Source: a virus
Length of the DNA: 64,000 nt
Direction: 5' to 3' (one strand)
IMG/VR virus record: IMGVR_UViG_3300022839_000011
Coordinates: 1 to 64,000 of that record
The position numbers and the translations under genes were made by a program. The first letter of the stretch is position 1. Each line of letters opens with the position of its first letter. The notes beneath the pieces are model-generated. The model searched no databases. It had not been told where the DNA came from and saw only the letters and a program-made list of their open reading frames with translations. This document shows positions 10,510-21,875 of the stretch, piece after piece.

Positions 10510-11498
10510 TTTAAATTCTCCTTACACACACCAGTCAATTTTAAATGCATTCTCTACGATGCACTTCTGTCAGAACATCAACAAGATTTTTTGTTTCTCT
10601 GATAGTCAGGGCCACAGTATGTCCACCAATCATTGTGACAATACCATTTTTGATATCAAGAGCACAAATTGTATTCATATTGATGATTATATTATCAGCA
10701 AAAAAACATTTCATTTTTATTATCCTTGTTATTTCATTATAATGATGTGCTAAATTTTATGGCGTGTCAACTCTTAATTTGTATTATTTTGCTTTAAAGA
10801 AAAGACATAATCATCGAGCTTTTTATTAAGTTCTTTTGAACGAATTTTTGCTTGTTCATTACTCTTACATGAAATACTTGCGATTGTGCTGCCATCAGAA
10901 CCATGAATTTTTATAGAAGGATGCCACCACATATCAAAAATTGACTGTTCGTAAAAACCAAAAAACTTTCGTATTGGATTCTTATTTCCCAGCAACCTCA
11001 ATTTTCTAGGGTGCTTTCCGCTTCTATGACCTCTAATATAGCCAATAGAAGAAATTACTAGTGGATTTATACCTACAATCAAATCATTTTCGGCCATTTT
11101 GTTTTCCTTAGTAGCTTCTGGGTTGCATATAAACACTTTCGAGATAAATTCCGACTCCAGAACTTACAAATTCTGTTGTGTCATGGATTCGGCCATTATC
11201 ACCTTCTACAACAACCATATATTTGGCCGGAAAGAATTTTGAAGGTGGCATAATTTTGTAATCAACTACGAGACCTTCTTCTGTTGGGTAGTATGCACCC
11301 CAGATCATAACAACTTTGGTTCCGATTGCGATAGAAGTCATATTTTCAGCAGTGATACGCATTGATATCTCCTTTTCTTTATCTATGTTATATGATAATT
11401 TGGGAGGCTTGTCAATAGGGGATATACATCTTTTGTTGTTGTTTGTGCTAGGTTGGAATTTAATTCTACTAACACAAACAACATATCAAAATTGTAGT

Positions 11499-12107
11499 TT
11501 ATTCTTCTGATTTTTTCTTGGACTTTGGTTTATCTTTCTTGTTTTTTGCTTCAAGACGCTTGACAACTTCATCGCCATCCATCCATATATCACTACCGTC
11601 TATAAGTTTTTGGATTTCATCTTTTGATAGAAACCCCTGATATACATCATTCATTAGTTTGATAGACCATTTTCTTTCAAACTCTATTTGCGAATGCATA
11701 TCACTGCCCTTGCCGATAGTGCCGCCTGAATAGTTGTGAAACATAATTTGTGAGTGTGGCGAAACCTCAACATTGTCTGCCGCCAACAATATCATAGTAG
11801 CTGCTGACATACATGCGCCTTCGATAGATGCAATTACTGTTGCTTCTGTCTCGTTGATAACTCTCAACATTTGAATTGCGGTATTCATATCACCACCATA
11901 CGAATTTATGTATATTTTTATTGCATCATTAGAACCAGCATGGCGAATTGTGTCAAACCATGGGATGTATTCATCTGCGGTTTCTATGACACCACTTAGG
12001 TAAAATTCATGTATATGCATAATAGGCTTGCAAAAACTTTTATCATCTTGTTTGGTCTGCTTGCCAAAAATATCAGCCAAGTCAAATTTTGATGCTTTTT
12101 TATTCAT
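11499..12107 (-). CDS. clpP: ClpP-family serine protease
   Basis: IYINSYGG, ACMSAAT (catalytic Ser), IMFHN (His), DIWM. Confidence 0.88.
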   Translation of the reverse strand: MNKKASKFDLADIFGKQTKQDDKSFCKPIMHIHEFYLSGVIETADEYIPWFDTIRHAGSNDAIKIYINSYGGDMNTAIQMLRVINETEATVIASIEGACMSAATMILLAADNVEVSPHSQIMFHNYSGGTIGKGSDMHSQIEFERKWSIKLMNDVYQGFLSKDEIQKLIDGSDIWMDGDEVVKRLEAKNKKDKPKSKKKSEE

Positions 12108-12232
12108 TATTTTTCCTTCAATTCTACGCGGATATGTGATCCACTGATTATTAGTAGTATGGGCTTTTATGTAACATCAAAAGTGAAGGTGGTTTGATGT
12201 CACAACACCTGTATTTAGTGTATGATTTTTAT

Positions 12233-12646
12233 TTACTTTAACCATCCTATACGTTTTTGATTTTTTACTCTTTTTTGGTATTCATCATCTGAACTTGGGT
12301 ATCTCCAACTCCAAATACCGACCAACAACATAAACCCACCAGACCCCATTACTGCAAATACATTACCTGTAGTAAACCACAGAAATAATAGTGAAGTTGA
12401 CATTGTTCCTACCATAAAAAACTTGAATTTCAATGGGAAGATTCTTTTTTCTTGCCATCCAATCAAGAAAGGACCGAACAATTTATGGCTGTAAATCCAT
12501 TTATGCATCCTAGTGCTGGATTTTGCAAAACAATATGCTGCGCCCACCGCAGGGGTACTCCAAGGAATCCCAGGTAGAATAACACCCAAATATGCAATTC
12601 CAAGTAATAGTACCCCAAGGGCAAACCAAAATATTTTCATGTCCAC
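12233..12646 (-). CDS. YbaN/DUF454 inner-membrane protein
   Basis: LG.ILPGIPWSTP...AAYCFAKSS.RMHKWI..HKLFGP signature. Confidence 0.85.
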   Translation of the reverse strand: MDMKIFWFALGVLLLGIAYLGVILPGIPWSTPAVGAAYCFAKSSTRMHKWIYSHKLFGPFLIGWQEKRIFPLKFKFFMVGTMSTSLLFLWFTTGNVFAVMGSGGFMLLVGIWSWRYPSSDDEYQKRVKNQKRIGWLK

Positions 12647-13452
12647 AATGACCTTCTAATTTTAATGAGACGAATTAACATTTCTGTATCTTCATCTTCA
12701 TATGATTTTTCGATTGAATTGATATTTTCAAGCATAATACCAGTTTTTTCATGGTCTTCGTTAGGGTCCGTTTCCAGAAATCCTACACCCCTAGATCTCT
12801 TGTCGTCACAATATGCACTCCAACCACTCAAATCATACGCTTCTGGGCGATTAGGGTATGTTTCAGTCCACCATGTGTAAAGATGTAGTATTTCTTTAGC
12901 ATTTATCGCCTGTGAAGTAGGGGCTGCTTCTTGCTTTTTATCATCTTCAAGCCAATCTTCGTTAGTTAATGACATTGACCATTGAAGATGCTTAATTCCA
13001 AATTCCGAACTGCGCCATGTTCTAGTACGCCACATTCCACCTTGCCACCAAGACAATTTCTTTATTTTTTCTTCGTCCCAGCGATGATAAGAATATGCCA
13101 TTTCGATTTCTACAAAATCTACGAGCTCATCAAATAAGCATATCAAAATCCTGCTATCAAAATCTAGATATTGCCCCCGTTTGATATGTTTTTTGTGCGC
13201 AACAAGAGCGTGTGTCTCATCAACCCAACGATTCACGACATAATATTTTACTGCATAAATCTTATCTTTGGGCCAATTTACGAAATTTTGAATACCATCA
13301 AGGGCTTCTTCGGCAACCCAAAATCTAAATTTGTTAAAGTTTTTTGCATTTCTATCCCAAGATGCCCATTCATCGGCAGTGCCAGACTCAATTTTTTCAG
13401 TGCCGCGAATTTTATCGGCAAACTTACTACAACTCCAATAATTAATTCTCAT
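12637..13452 (-). CDS. hypothetical phage protein
   Basis: Trp-rich 271 aa; ends EDTEMLIRLIKIRRSLWT. Confidence 0.7.
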   Translation of the reverse strand: MRINYWSCSKFADKIRGTEKIESGTADEWASWDRNAKNFNKFRFWVAEEALDGIQNFVNWPKDKIYAVKYYVVNRWVDETHALVAHKKHIKRGQYLDFDSRILICLFDELVDFVEIEMAYSYHRWDEEKIKKLSWWQGGMWRTRTWRSSEFGIKHLQWSMSLTNEDWLEDDKKQEAAPTSQAINAKEILHLYTWWTETYPNRPEAYDLSGWSAYCDDKRSRGVGFLETDPNEDHEKTGIMLENINSIEKSYEDEDTEMLIRLIKIRRSLWT

Positions 13453-15068
13453 ATAATTTCCTTTGTGGTATCTGGATACTCAACAACTTTTGCCAACGGA
13501 CCCCAAATAAGTGCTGCTTCTTTAGCTTTATATAGTGTGTTATATGTATGAACTTCAATATTTTTGCTATGGGCATCAATAGGTAGTTTTGTTACATACA
13601 TATAACTACCTTCAAAAGGTATCATTACCGCATAACGCATCTTAAACTCACTTCTACAATATCTACATTGATTACTAAAATCCATGCTATTAACAGAAAA
13701 AATCTTGTGAAACCTGTGTACACCAAAAAAGCATTTTATAAGACCTGTAAACAAAATACAGAATCCTTTAATACCACCGCCACCTGCCATAATTTCGCTA
13801 TTTACATTTATCCAATTTCTGTTGAATAGGATAAACAATTTGCGTTTCTTAATCTTAATAAAAAATTGCATTATAGTTTTTTGCTCTGATTTATTGCAAG
13901 CTTTATAGTTTCAGCATAATTTAACGCGGTTTGCTCTTTCATCACAATCGTACTTTGCATTTCTACATATCCTTTTGTGAGTATTTGCCAGATTTGTTTC
14001 CATCGGCTTTTTCCAGACCATCTGGTATGTACGATAAGGTGCGTATGTACTTGGATATGCATTTTGTCTGCTTCAATTTCAACTTCATGCGAACAATATT
14101 CGTCACCACAATCGCATCGAACATGATAAACCAAAGAGTTACCCCAAGAAGCATCAATTTTTAATACACCTTCCGCAGGTTTTTGATATTTTGTCATCTT
14201 ATTCATCCTTCAACATATCAATCACATCATCTGGTAGGGAAACGCTAATATCTTGGTCGCCTATGCCAAAATCATCATTCAACATTGATAACTCTTCTTC
14301 TAAATTACTTGGTTGTGTCATCTTTGATTCCCAATCAATTTGGTTGGTGTCATCTTCAATATCAATTTCACAACCGCAGCCCATATCAAGCCATTCAGAT
14401 AGTGTTTCTGGGGAACGATTATTGCTCATCGTAAAATCCACAAGACAATGAATACATACATAAGATTGTACCCAAGCTTTAAATTCAGCGAAAGTGCAAA
14501 ACTCACAAGTTTGTTCGCCGTTTGGCAGTGGCGAACTCGTAATAAAAGTTGGGATGTATTCTACTCTAATCACATTAAATTCCTCTAATTTAAGTTATCT
14601 TGCCAAGCAACAAGTTTATCATGATCTTGTGATAATTCGAAATTACACCAATGAGTATATCCAGCCTTCAATGCATACTCGCTCTTTGCGTAAAACGGAT
14701 TGCTTATTGTGTATAACACTCCACAATCGGTTTTACAAGGGAAAAGAATTACTGCATATTCTTTTCCTGTTGGGGGTTCTGTTTTCAAATCAAACCAACC
14801 ATTTTCCATTTTATGATAGCCCTCTTTTTCCAGAACCGCGAACTTTATCAAGGTTCTCCATGATGCAATCGTCACAAATAGCAACGTCGAGTGTTTCACC
14901 TGTGCCCATTGGATCGAATATAGTGGACCCGTAATGTCCATAAGTTCTAAAGTGCAACCCATTCATCGGGTGTACTTCAATTGCTTTTCCATCTTGTCCT
15001 TCGTAATTTAAATTATCGAGTACTTTTGAACAGGATATGCAACAGATTGTAGTAAAGGTTTTTGTCAT
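13449..15068 (-). other. cluster of small hypothetical genes, several with Cys/Zn motifs
   Basis: Overlapping ORFs 13449-13871, 13871-14206, 14199-14573, 14585-14962, 14811-15068. Confidence 0.55.
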
Positions 15069-15476
15069 TTAGTATTTCCTTACTGGCACTTTTGCCTTTT
15101 CTGACTGTTCAATCATGTTTGATGTACCTTTGCCACCTTTAAAAGCAACTACCAAATCTGGTTTGCCTTCGGTCAGCATTTGCTTATTACGAATTGCGCC
15201 CGCAGCTTTTTTATATGTATCCCAATCGGCAGAGAATCCCATATTTAGAATGTCGTTAGTTTCTGCCCATTTCTTTGCCCAAGAATCCGCGCCCTCAGCT
15301 TCACCTTGGATAACAATAAGTGTTCTGCCTAATTCTTCTACCGATTGTCGCAGAATGTCTAATCTATCAAACATAAACTTTACTTCTTGTGCATTCATGG
15401 TTTTCTTGCGATTAGAGTTTATCACCCAACCATAGTCACGTCCACCACATACAATAATTCTAAATTCTTTTTGCAT
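15069..15476 (-). CDS. DUF2493 / YspA-SLOG family protein
   Basis: IIVCGGRDY, GEAEGAD, ADWD.Y.KAAGAIRN..M, AF.GG.GT..M. Confidence 0.85.
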   Translation of the reverse strand: MQKEFRIIVCGGRDYGWVINSNRKKTMNAQEVKFMFDRLDILRQSVEELGRTLIVIQGEAEGADSWAKKWAETNDILNMGFSADWDTYKKAAGAIRNKQMLTEGKPDLVVAFKGGKGTSNMIEQSEKAKVPVRKY

Positions 15477-16072
15477 TATCGGATCTTTCTTCTATCATGT
15501 CTAATATGTCGTTTTTTAATTTCATTGCCCTTGGCGTTAGCATATCGTCTTCTTCAAGTGCGTATTCACTTATCAAAAACCTCATATGACATTTTAGACG
15601 ATTCATATAATCTTTCTGGTCAAACACTACCATTTCTTCTTGGAATCCAGATGGGTAGGTTATGGTATATATATCAAAATCTTCGGTCTGTTCTATTCTG
15701 AAAAAAGGGAAATATTTTGTTTCAAATAATCTATTATTGACGTTGACTATCAAGATTTAAACTGCTGCTCTATTATATAAAGTACCTTATCTTGAAGGTT
15801 TGATTCCTCAGACCCTAATCTGGGATTTCCAAAAATATCTTTTAGTAAACTAAGTTCGTGATTAGATATCGTGGCTTCTTCACTATCGTATACAAAGGAA
15901 CCTCTTTCATTCAATAATTTGACCATGACATCATCATCAAGGTCATATAAATTTTCGTCAAAAACTTTATAACCTCTATCTACGATTTCATCAATCATTT
16001 CATCATCTTCATAATCTGAAAATTCAATACTTAATTCAGCCTTTTTGACGCTTTTATTCATTACAAATCCTT

Positions 16073-16543
16073 TCACATAGCATAAAATATATGATTGCCG
16101 ATCCTAACAACTTTTTCGAACTTTATTGCCCATGTAGGCATCCGCTTCAATTTGTCTGGATTTAAAAAATGGGTAGCGCCGTTATTGAAATATTCTACTT
16201 CACCATTAATAAGGTTTTCTGCTATTTCAAGTGACTCGGCCCAAAGCTTTTCATTATATGGTGTGTGGTCTTTTTTTGTTTTTGTCCAAGAAAATTGACT
16301 GCGTTGATAAACAACATCGCATATATTATCTGGGAAGTTTTTATTCTCAACTCTATTTAGTGTTACTTCGCCAACCATTTGCATACCATCATGACCCTCG
16401 CCACGAGCCTCATGATACATGTTCAATGCAAGCACTTTAATTTCTTTTTCATAGTCACATGTTTGTGATAAAGTTTGACTACAAAATAAAAGTAAGGCAA
16501 TAAAAGCCATACCAATTATTTTCATGTTTTTCCCTTTTTTCAT
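16073..16543 (-). CDS. SleB-like cell wall hydrolase
   Basis: LALNMYHEARGE, V.LNRV...FPDNICDVVYQ.SQFSW, GATHF, IGNHIFY. Confidence 0.92.
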   Translation of the reverse strand: MKKGKNMKIIGMAFIALLLFCSQTLSQTCDYEKEIKVLALNMYHEARGEGHDGMQMVGEVTLNRVENKNFPDNICDVVYQRSQFSWTKTKKDHTPYNEKLWAESLEIAENLINGEVEYFNNGATHFLNPDKLKRMPTWAIKFEKVVRIGNHIFYAM

Positions 16544-16946
16544 ACCAAAGACTATTATAGCCTATAATAATAACAGATTCAAGAAAGAAATTGGCAAGTA
16601 TGCCCGCCAATTTCAGATTTATTAATTTCAATAGTGTCCACCAAAAATATTCTTGGTGCCATCGGGGTAAAATGATGTTGGTGTATTTTTAATTCAATAC
16701 GATTGGTCTATCTTCTTTTTTTGAAACCACCCGCATTGAAATAAAATCATTATCATTCGTTTCGTCAATAATATTTTGAAGCAAGTCATTAGGCTCTACA
16801 GCACCAATTACCCGCCATGTCCAGCCATAACTATACTCTACCCAAAGTTCCCACATACTGATGTAATCCTATGATTGTGGATGAATTTATATTCTATCAT
16901 AAAAAAATGTATATGAAAACCCCCTAAACAGAGGATTTTCAGTTTT

Positions 16947-18032
16947 TTATAGTGAAAATTTACCCATAGCACTTTTATCCACCGCAGTATTCATACCACC
17001 TATACGATAAGATGTTATATTTGTTTCTTGTGGCGCAGGCTGCATTTCTTTTCCGCCAATCCATTTCAAAGTCCAAGGTAGTGGATTTTGCGAAATTTCA
17101 ATATCGCATGGAAGCCCTACTGCTTTCATACGAACTTTTGCGATATAGTCTACATAATCACAAAGAATATTTTCATTTAGGCCCACCATAGAACCTTCTT
17201 TGAATAGATATTTTGCCCATGCTTTTTCTTGTAGAATTGCATCTTTGAACATATCAATACATTCTTGTTCAGTTTCTTTTGCAATATCCGCAAATTCCGA
17301 ATCAGTACGTACAAGCTCTCTTAACATATATTGCGTAGATCCTAAATGTAGATTTTCATCTCTGGCAATCAACTTAATAATTTTCGCATTGCCTTCCATA
17401 AGTTTACGTTCGGCAAAATTCCAAGAACATGCAAAAGACACAAAAAATCTAATGCCTTCGAGAATATTTACTGACATAATACATTTCCAAAGCAGTTTTT
17501 TATGGTCATGTAAGTTTCGGCCATCGGTATATCCATATAGAGAAACTAATTTATTATATTTGTCTAAATCGTCATAATAATGTGAAATGTCATTTGAGCA
17601 ATCTACAATTTCCATGATACTAGGCATTTTGCTAAAAATTTCATCTGGTTTTGGAAATATATTGCGAATTATATAAGTATACGAGTAAGAGTGAATAGTT
17701 TCACTAAATGCCCAAGTCTGTGTCCAGATTTCTGCTTCAGGTACAGAGGTAATTGGCGAAAACACTTCGGAAGGCGCGCGTCCCTGAATACTGTCTAAAA
17801 GGGTTTGACGCAGCAAATTTGAAATAAAAATATGCTGTTCATGCTCGGTTAAACTCCGAAAGTCTTCTTTGTCTTTATTGATGTCATTGATTTCTTCTGG
17901 AACCCAAAAGAATCCTCTTTGTTGTTTAACAAACCGATCAAGAGCAGGAAATTGTGGTTGATCGTATCTTGCGATATCTACAGAACCATCAAGGAACATC
18001 CCCCTGCCCGTATAATCTACTGTTAGTGTCAT
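16947..18032 (-). CDS. nrdB: ribonucleotide reductase class Ia beta subunit
   Basis: FFWVPEEI, QTLLDSIQGR, ETIHS.SY, LEGIRFFVSF, ARDENLH, PAPQE...SY. Confidence 0.97.
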   Translation of the reverse strand: MTLTVDYTGRGMFLDGSVDIARYDQPQFPALDRFVKQQRGFFWVPEEINDINKDKEDFRSLTEHEQHIFISNLLRQTLLDSIQGRAPSEVFSPITSVPEAEIWTQTWAFSETIHSYSYTYIIRNIFPKPDEIFSKMPSIMEIVDCSNDISHYYDDLDKYNKLVSLYGYTDGRNLHDHKKLLWKCIMSVNILEGIRFFVSFACSWNFAERKLMEGNAKIIKLIARDENLHLGSTQYMLRELVRTDSEFADIAKETEQECIDMFKDAILQEKAWAKYLFKEGSMVGLNENILCDYVDYIAKVRMKAVGLPCDIEISQNPLPWTLKWIGGKEMQPAPQETNITSYRIGGMNTAVDKSAMGKFSL

Positions 18033-18054
18033 TATATTTTCCTTTTATTTAAAT

Positions 18055-19134
18055 TTATAGTACGCAAGATTCACAATAATCATCATCGCCGTCTGTGACT
18101 TCATTTACAGATAGCGGCTCATCTAATTTTACTTCACCAGACATATCATATGTGTTGCAATAGTATAGTGTCTTAATTCCCATTTTGCAAGCATAAATGA
18201 TGTCACCAAGTATGACCATAAGTGGAATTTCATTGCTTGGATAAAATTCGGGATTGTAAGATGTGTTCGTAGAAATAGATTGATCCACAAACTTTTGTAT
18301 CGTGGCCATAATATTTAGATAACCAGTAGGTGATTTTTGATCCCACAAAAGATCATATTTATTTTTCAGCCGTTGAATCTCTGGAACAACTTGCTTCATA
18401 GAACCATCCTTTGAATTCTTGACAGAAATAAGTCCACGGGGCGGCTCAACACCATTAGTAGCATTAACCAACTGACTCGAAGTTTCAACAGGCATCAAGC
18501 TCAGTATTGTAGCATTTCTCATGCCTTTGCTAGTAATTTCGCGTAATGCATTCCAGTCAAGCAACAAATCGTTTTCTACAATACTATCAACAGCTTTGCG
18601 ATATGTATCAATGGGCAATTTACCTTTGGCCCATTTAGTAGTGGAAAAAGCATCAAAAGAACCTCTTTCTTGTGCAAGTTCAGCCGACGCTTTAATAGTA
18701 TAATACCCCATTGCCTCCATATATGGATGTAAGAATTTTGGTGTGTCTTCGCCTGTATATTTGTAATTGTTTTTGGCTAAAAAGTATGCCAAATTCGATA
18801 TTCCAATACCAATGTTACGATACTTCAATGTTGATGAAAGTGCGGATGGTAGAAGATAAGTCTGATATGTCAAAACATTATCTAAAAACCTTACAACTAC
18901 TTTTGAAAGTTTTTCAAAATCATCAGGCGTTTTAATATTGCCCATATTATATGCAGCAAGTGTGCACAATGATATTAGTCCGTCAACATCACTAATACTT
19001 TGCATTGGCTTTGTGGTCTGTACGACTTCGGCGCAATTATGCACTAAAACGCCATTAGCAAAAAAGTTATGATTTTCTGCTACTGTTATATCATATACTG
19101 GGGCTCTTTTATTTAATTTTATTACTTTTGCCAT
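18055..19134 (-). CDS. nrdA: NrdA C-terminal half fused to split C-intein (aa 1-33, 19036-19134)
   Basis: MAKVIKLNKRAPVYDITVAENHNFFANGVLVHN|CAEV..., then LCTL, MPVETSSQ, KTLYY and C-terminal CESC. Confidence 0.95.
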   Translation of the reverse strand: MAKVIKLNKRAPVYDITVAENHNFFANGVLVHNCAEVVQTTKPMQSISDVDGLISLCTLAAYNMGNIKTPDDFEKLSKVVVRFLDNVLTYQTYLLPSALSSTLKYRNIGIGISNLAYFLAKNNYKYTGEDTPKFLHPYMEAMGYYTIKASAELAQERGSFDAFSTTKWAKGKLPIDTYRKAVDSIVENDLLLDWNALREITSKGMRNATILSLMPVETSSQLVNATNGVEPPRGLISVKNSKDGSMKQVVPEIQRLKNKYDLLWDQKSPTGYLNIMATIQKFVDQSISTNTSYNPEFYPSNEIPLMVILGDIIYACKMGIKTLYYCNTYDMSGEVKLDEPLSVNEVTDGDDDYCESCVL

Positions 19135-20098
19135 ATAATGTTCTTCCTTTTTTCCATCCTATTAGATTATATTCATTCAAATCAATAAAAGAGATTGATT
19201 TGCTATTAACGCCGTCAGTAACCCAACAACGTTTTCCGCTTATTATTTTCACACGACCAGATCTTCTGGTATAGTATGGGTCATATTTTAGACCTGTTTT
19301 TTCTTCCACTATTTGTATCATACCACGAAAGCCATCTCCATCAAACCTAAAATCTTTTATTGACTTAGGAAAATATATATTATTTTCAACCCCAAAATCT
19401 GTTGCTGTTTTATGACCTGGTATATATCCTAATTTATTGCATATTTCGATAAAGTTTAAAATGAGTTGGTCATCATCATAACCAGAATAGTTATTATTTT
19501 TATCCCCACTACCATTTACCATAGATAATTTTCTTTCATCTGTGTATTTTACACCTTTACTATGGTGGACCCACTGACCCGATATCACTTTAGGGTGTTG
19601 GCAACTTACTGAACCTATAATTTTTAAAGTATCAACATCTTTCACTGGCATATTGCCTTTCCTCGATTCGGATATTTTTTTAGCTCCATTTGGCGTATGC
19701 CACCCAACTTTTTTTCTGAATTCAGATGAATTACTTTTTATGAACGCATATCCGCCTAATATATACTTAGTAAGGTGCATGTTAGACCCATCAACATTAA
19801 ATCTAGCATTGCTTTTCATACCATTAAGAACAAACCTAACAGAAAGCATATCACCTCTTTGACCGTAAGCCTTGTATCTTAGCTTATGTATGAAGACGTG
19901 TTCTTCGGGTAATAGAGTAACAAGATTATGTGGCGAATCGCACCCACCATCATGTTTAGGAATTATATGATGAATCTCCACATATAAATTCTCTTTATCA
20001 AGCCTTTTGTCTATATTATTTTTTGCCATTAACCTTTCTTTAGGGGCGGTATTTATAAAATAATTTATAAATTTGTCATGTAGTTTACGATAGTTCAT
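19109..20098 (-). CDS. free-standing HNH homing endonuclease (MobE-like) between nrdA halves
   Basis: EIHHIIPKHDGG.D..NLV.L.PEEH..IH; basic C-terminal DNA-binding region. Confidence 0.9.
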   Translation of the reverse strand: MNYRKLHDKFINYFINTAPKERLMAKNNIDKRLDKENLYVEIHHIIPKHDGGCDSPHNLVTLLPEEHVFIHKLRYKAYGQRGDMLSVRFVLNGMKSNARFNVDGSNMHLTKYILGGYAFIKSNSSEFRKKVGWHTPNGAKKISESRKGNMPVKDVDTLKIIGSVSCQHPKVISGQWVHHSKGVKYTDERKLSMVNGSGDKNNNYSGYDDDQLILNFIEICNKLGYIPGHKTATDFGVENNIYFPKSIKDFRFDGDGFRGMIQIVEEKTGLKYDPYYTRRSGRVKIISGKRCWVTDGVNSKSISFIDLNEYNLIGWKKGRTLYGKSNKIK

Positions 20099-20103
20099 GT
20101 AGC

Positions 20104-20143
20104 ACCTCTTTGCATTTAACTAATTTTATTTATGCAAAGAGGT
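20104..20143 (-). promoter_or_regulatory. SD-sequestering hairpin containing late-promoter variant CATAAATA
   Basis: 12-bp perfect stem ACCTCTTTGCAT/ATGCAAAGAGGT covering the AGAGGT SD of the HNH gene. Confidence 0.8.
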
Positions 20144-20154
20144 ATTTCATTGTA

Positions 20155-21774
20155 CTATAATGTTTTTATTCTATCTTCTTCAGTCAAATCTATTGCTGCC
20201 ACATATCCTCTATTATCAGTCCAGAATAAATGATCGCTCGTACACACTACACTATGTGTATCATCATCGGTAGTTACTTGATATAAATCTGCGTCGGGGT
20301 TTGTGAGACCAAACGCTTCAATAGGCATATATTCAACAGCCTTCGTATCCGTATTGTAAGACTTGACCACCACGTTATCATACTTGCGCATAAAATTACC
20401 CAAGTCTTCTATATTAATTTTAAATGGTTGATTATCACAAATCACATCAATTTTGGTATCACCGACTAAACACAAATTACTCATATATACTGGATTTTCT
20501 TCGCCTAACATACCTTGCTCGTTTGTGTTGTCAACAAATTGAATATAGATGCGACCTGTCTCAACTCTTTCTTGCGCAAGGACACTGAACGCCTCAATAG
20601 CAGTTATTGTTTTTTTACGAATACTACTGTCATTTTCATATTTGACATAAAGTTCTCCAAACAATTCTTGATTTGTGAAAAAAGCCTCATAAAGGTCTGG
20701 TACATCGTTGGGCGAAAACAGAGTAATGTTGCCATCTTCGATTAGCCTTTGAATCAAAAATCTGTTAAGTTGAACGCCATAATCTACTGATCTAACTCGC
20801 GTGTCTTCTGTACCTTTGTTATTTTTTAGTACAATCATATCTTCATATTCATAATGCCACATTGGATAATAAAATGTGCCGCTTGAATTGCGAACTCCAC
20901 CCTGATTGCAGCTTTTTAGCGCAGCATTGAAATATTTTATAAATGGCACTACACCAGTATGGGTAACTTCACCATTACGGATTGGAGAGCCAACCGCGCG
21001 AATTCTTCCGATATTCAAACCAATACCTGCTTTATTGGCTGCGTATTTTACAATAGCCGATGCGGCAGCATTGATCGAATCAAGTGAATCACCAGCATCA
21101 ATTAAAGTACAAGATGAAAATTGTTTTACATTAGTCCGCAATCCTGCCATGATAGGTGTTGGCAGTGTAAAATCAAACTTGGAAAGATGGTTATAAATTT
21201 TCTTGATAAATTTAAGTCTATCTTTACTTTCTTCAGAAATACAACCACTAGCAGCAATCAACATGTATGCAATTTGCGGTGTTTCGAAATACTCCATAGT
21301 CGATTTATTTTTTACGAGATACTTGGTCCTGAACTGCACCATACCAGCATATGAAATTTCATAGTCTCTATTGTGATTTATGACACCCTCCATAAACGCC
21401 CAATCTTCATCATTGTATACAGAAAGTAAGTCAGGGTTATAAAAACCTTTCTGAACGCCTCGCTTTACGATATCTTTGATATGCCAAGGCTCATAATGCC
21501 CATATGCTCGCTTACGAAGATCAAAGTTAATCAACTTTGATGCAACAAATTGATAGTTAGGGGTTTCTTCTGAAATTAATTCGGATGCTGAACGGATAAG
21601 AGTTTCATGAATTTCTTCACTCGTAATACCTGCATAAAATTGAATTTGTGATTTCAGTTCAACTTCCGAAATAGACACCCCTGTAATCTTGTCACAAGCC
21701 CATTCAACAACAGTATGTATTTTGTTCAAATCTAACTGCTCTTTGCGTCCATCTCGTTTAATAATTATAGTCAT
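20155..21774 (-). CDS. nrdA: NrdA N-terminal half fused to split N-intein (105 aa, 20158-20472)
   Basis: ATP-cone IIKRDG, PTPIMAG.R...QFSSC, ...YMSNL|CLVGDTKI...VVCTSDHLFWT. Confidence 0.95.
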   Translation of the reverse strand: MTIIIKRDGRKEQLDLNKIHTVVEWACDKITGVSISEVELKSQIQFYAGITSEEIHETLIRSASELISEETPNYQFVASKLINFDLRKRAYGHYEPWHIKDIVKRGVQKGFYNPDLLSVYNDEDWAFMEGVINHNRDYEISYAGMVQFRTKYLVKNKSTMEYFETPQIAYMLIAASGCISEESKDRLKFIKKIYNHLSKFDFTLPTPIMAGLRTNVKQFSSCTLIDAGDSLDSINAAASAIVKYAANKAGIGLNIGRIRAVGSPIRNGEVTHTGVVPFIKYFNAALKSCNQGGVRNSSGTFYYPMWHYEYEDMIVLKNNKGTEDTRVRSVDYGVQLNRFLIQRLIEDGNITLFSPNDVPDLYEAFFTNQELFGELYVKYENDSSIRKKTITAIEAFSVLAQERVETGRIYIQFVDNTNEQGMLGEENPVYMSNLCLVGDTKIDVICDNQPFKINIEDLGNFMRKYDNVVVKSYNTDTKAVEYMPIEAFGLTNPDADLYQVTTDDDTHSVVCTSDHLFWTDNRGYVAAIDLTEEDRIKTL

Positions 21775-21842
21775 CAGTACCTCTTAGTGTTAAAATTGTT
21801 TGATAGCAAATATATATTTACTATATGTTGTGCTGGGATGTG

Positions 21843-21850
21843 TATTTATA
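21843..21850 (-). promoter_or_regulatory. T4-type late promoter TATAAATA
   Basis: Exact consensus upstream of nrdA. Confidence 0.55.
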
Positions 21851-21875
21851 CATGTCAAAATACCAAGTTTAGTGT

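Noticed and set aside
19135-20154. Group I intron explanation for the nrdA (and uvsX) interruptions
   Set aside because: Spacers are too short for a ribozyme core, and both halves carry intein motifs with their own stop and start codons
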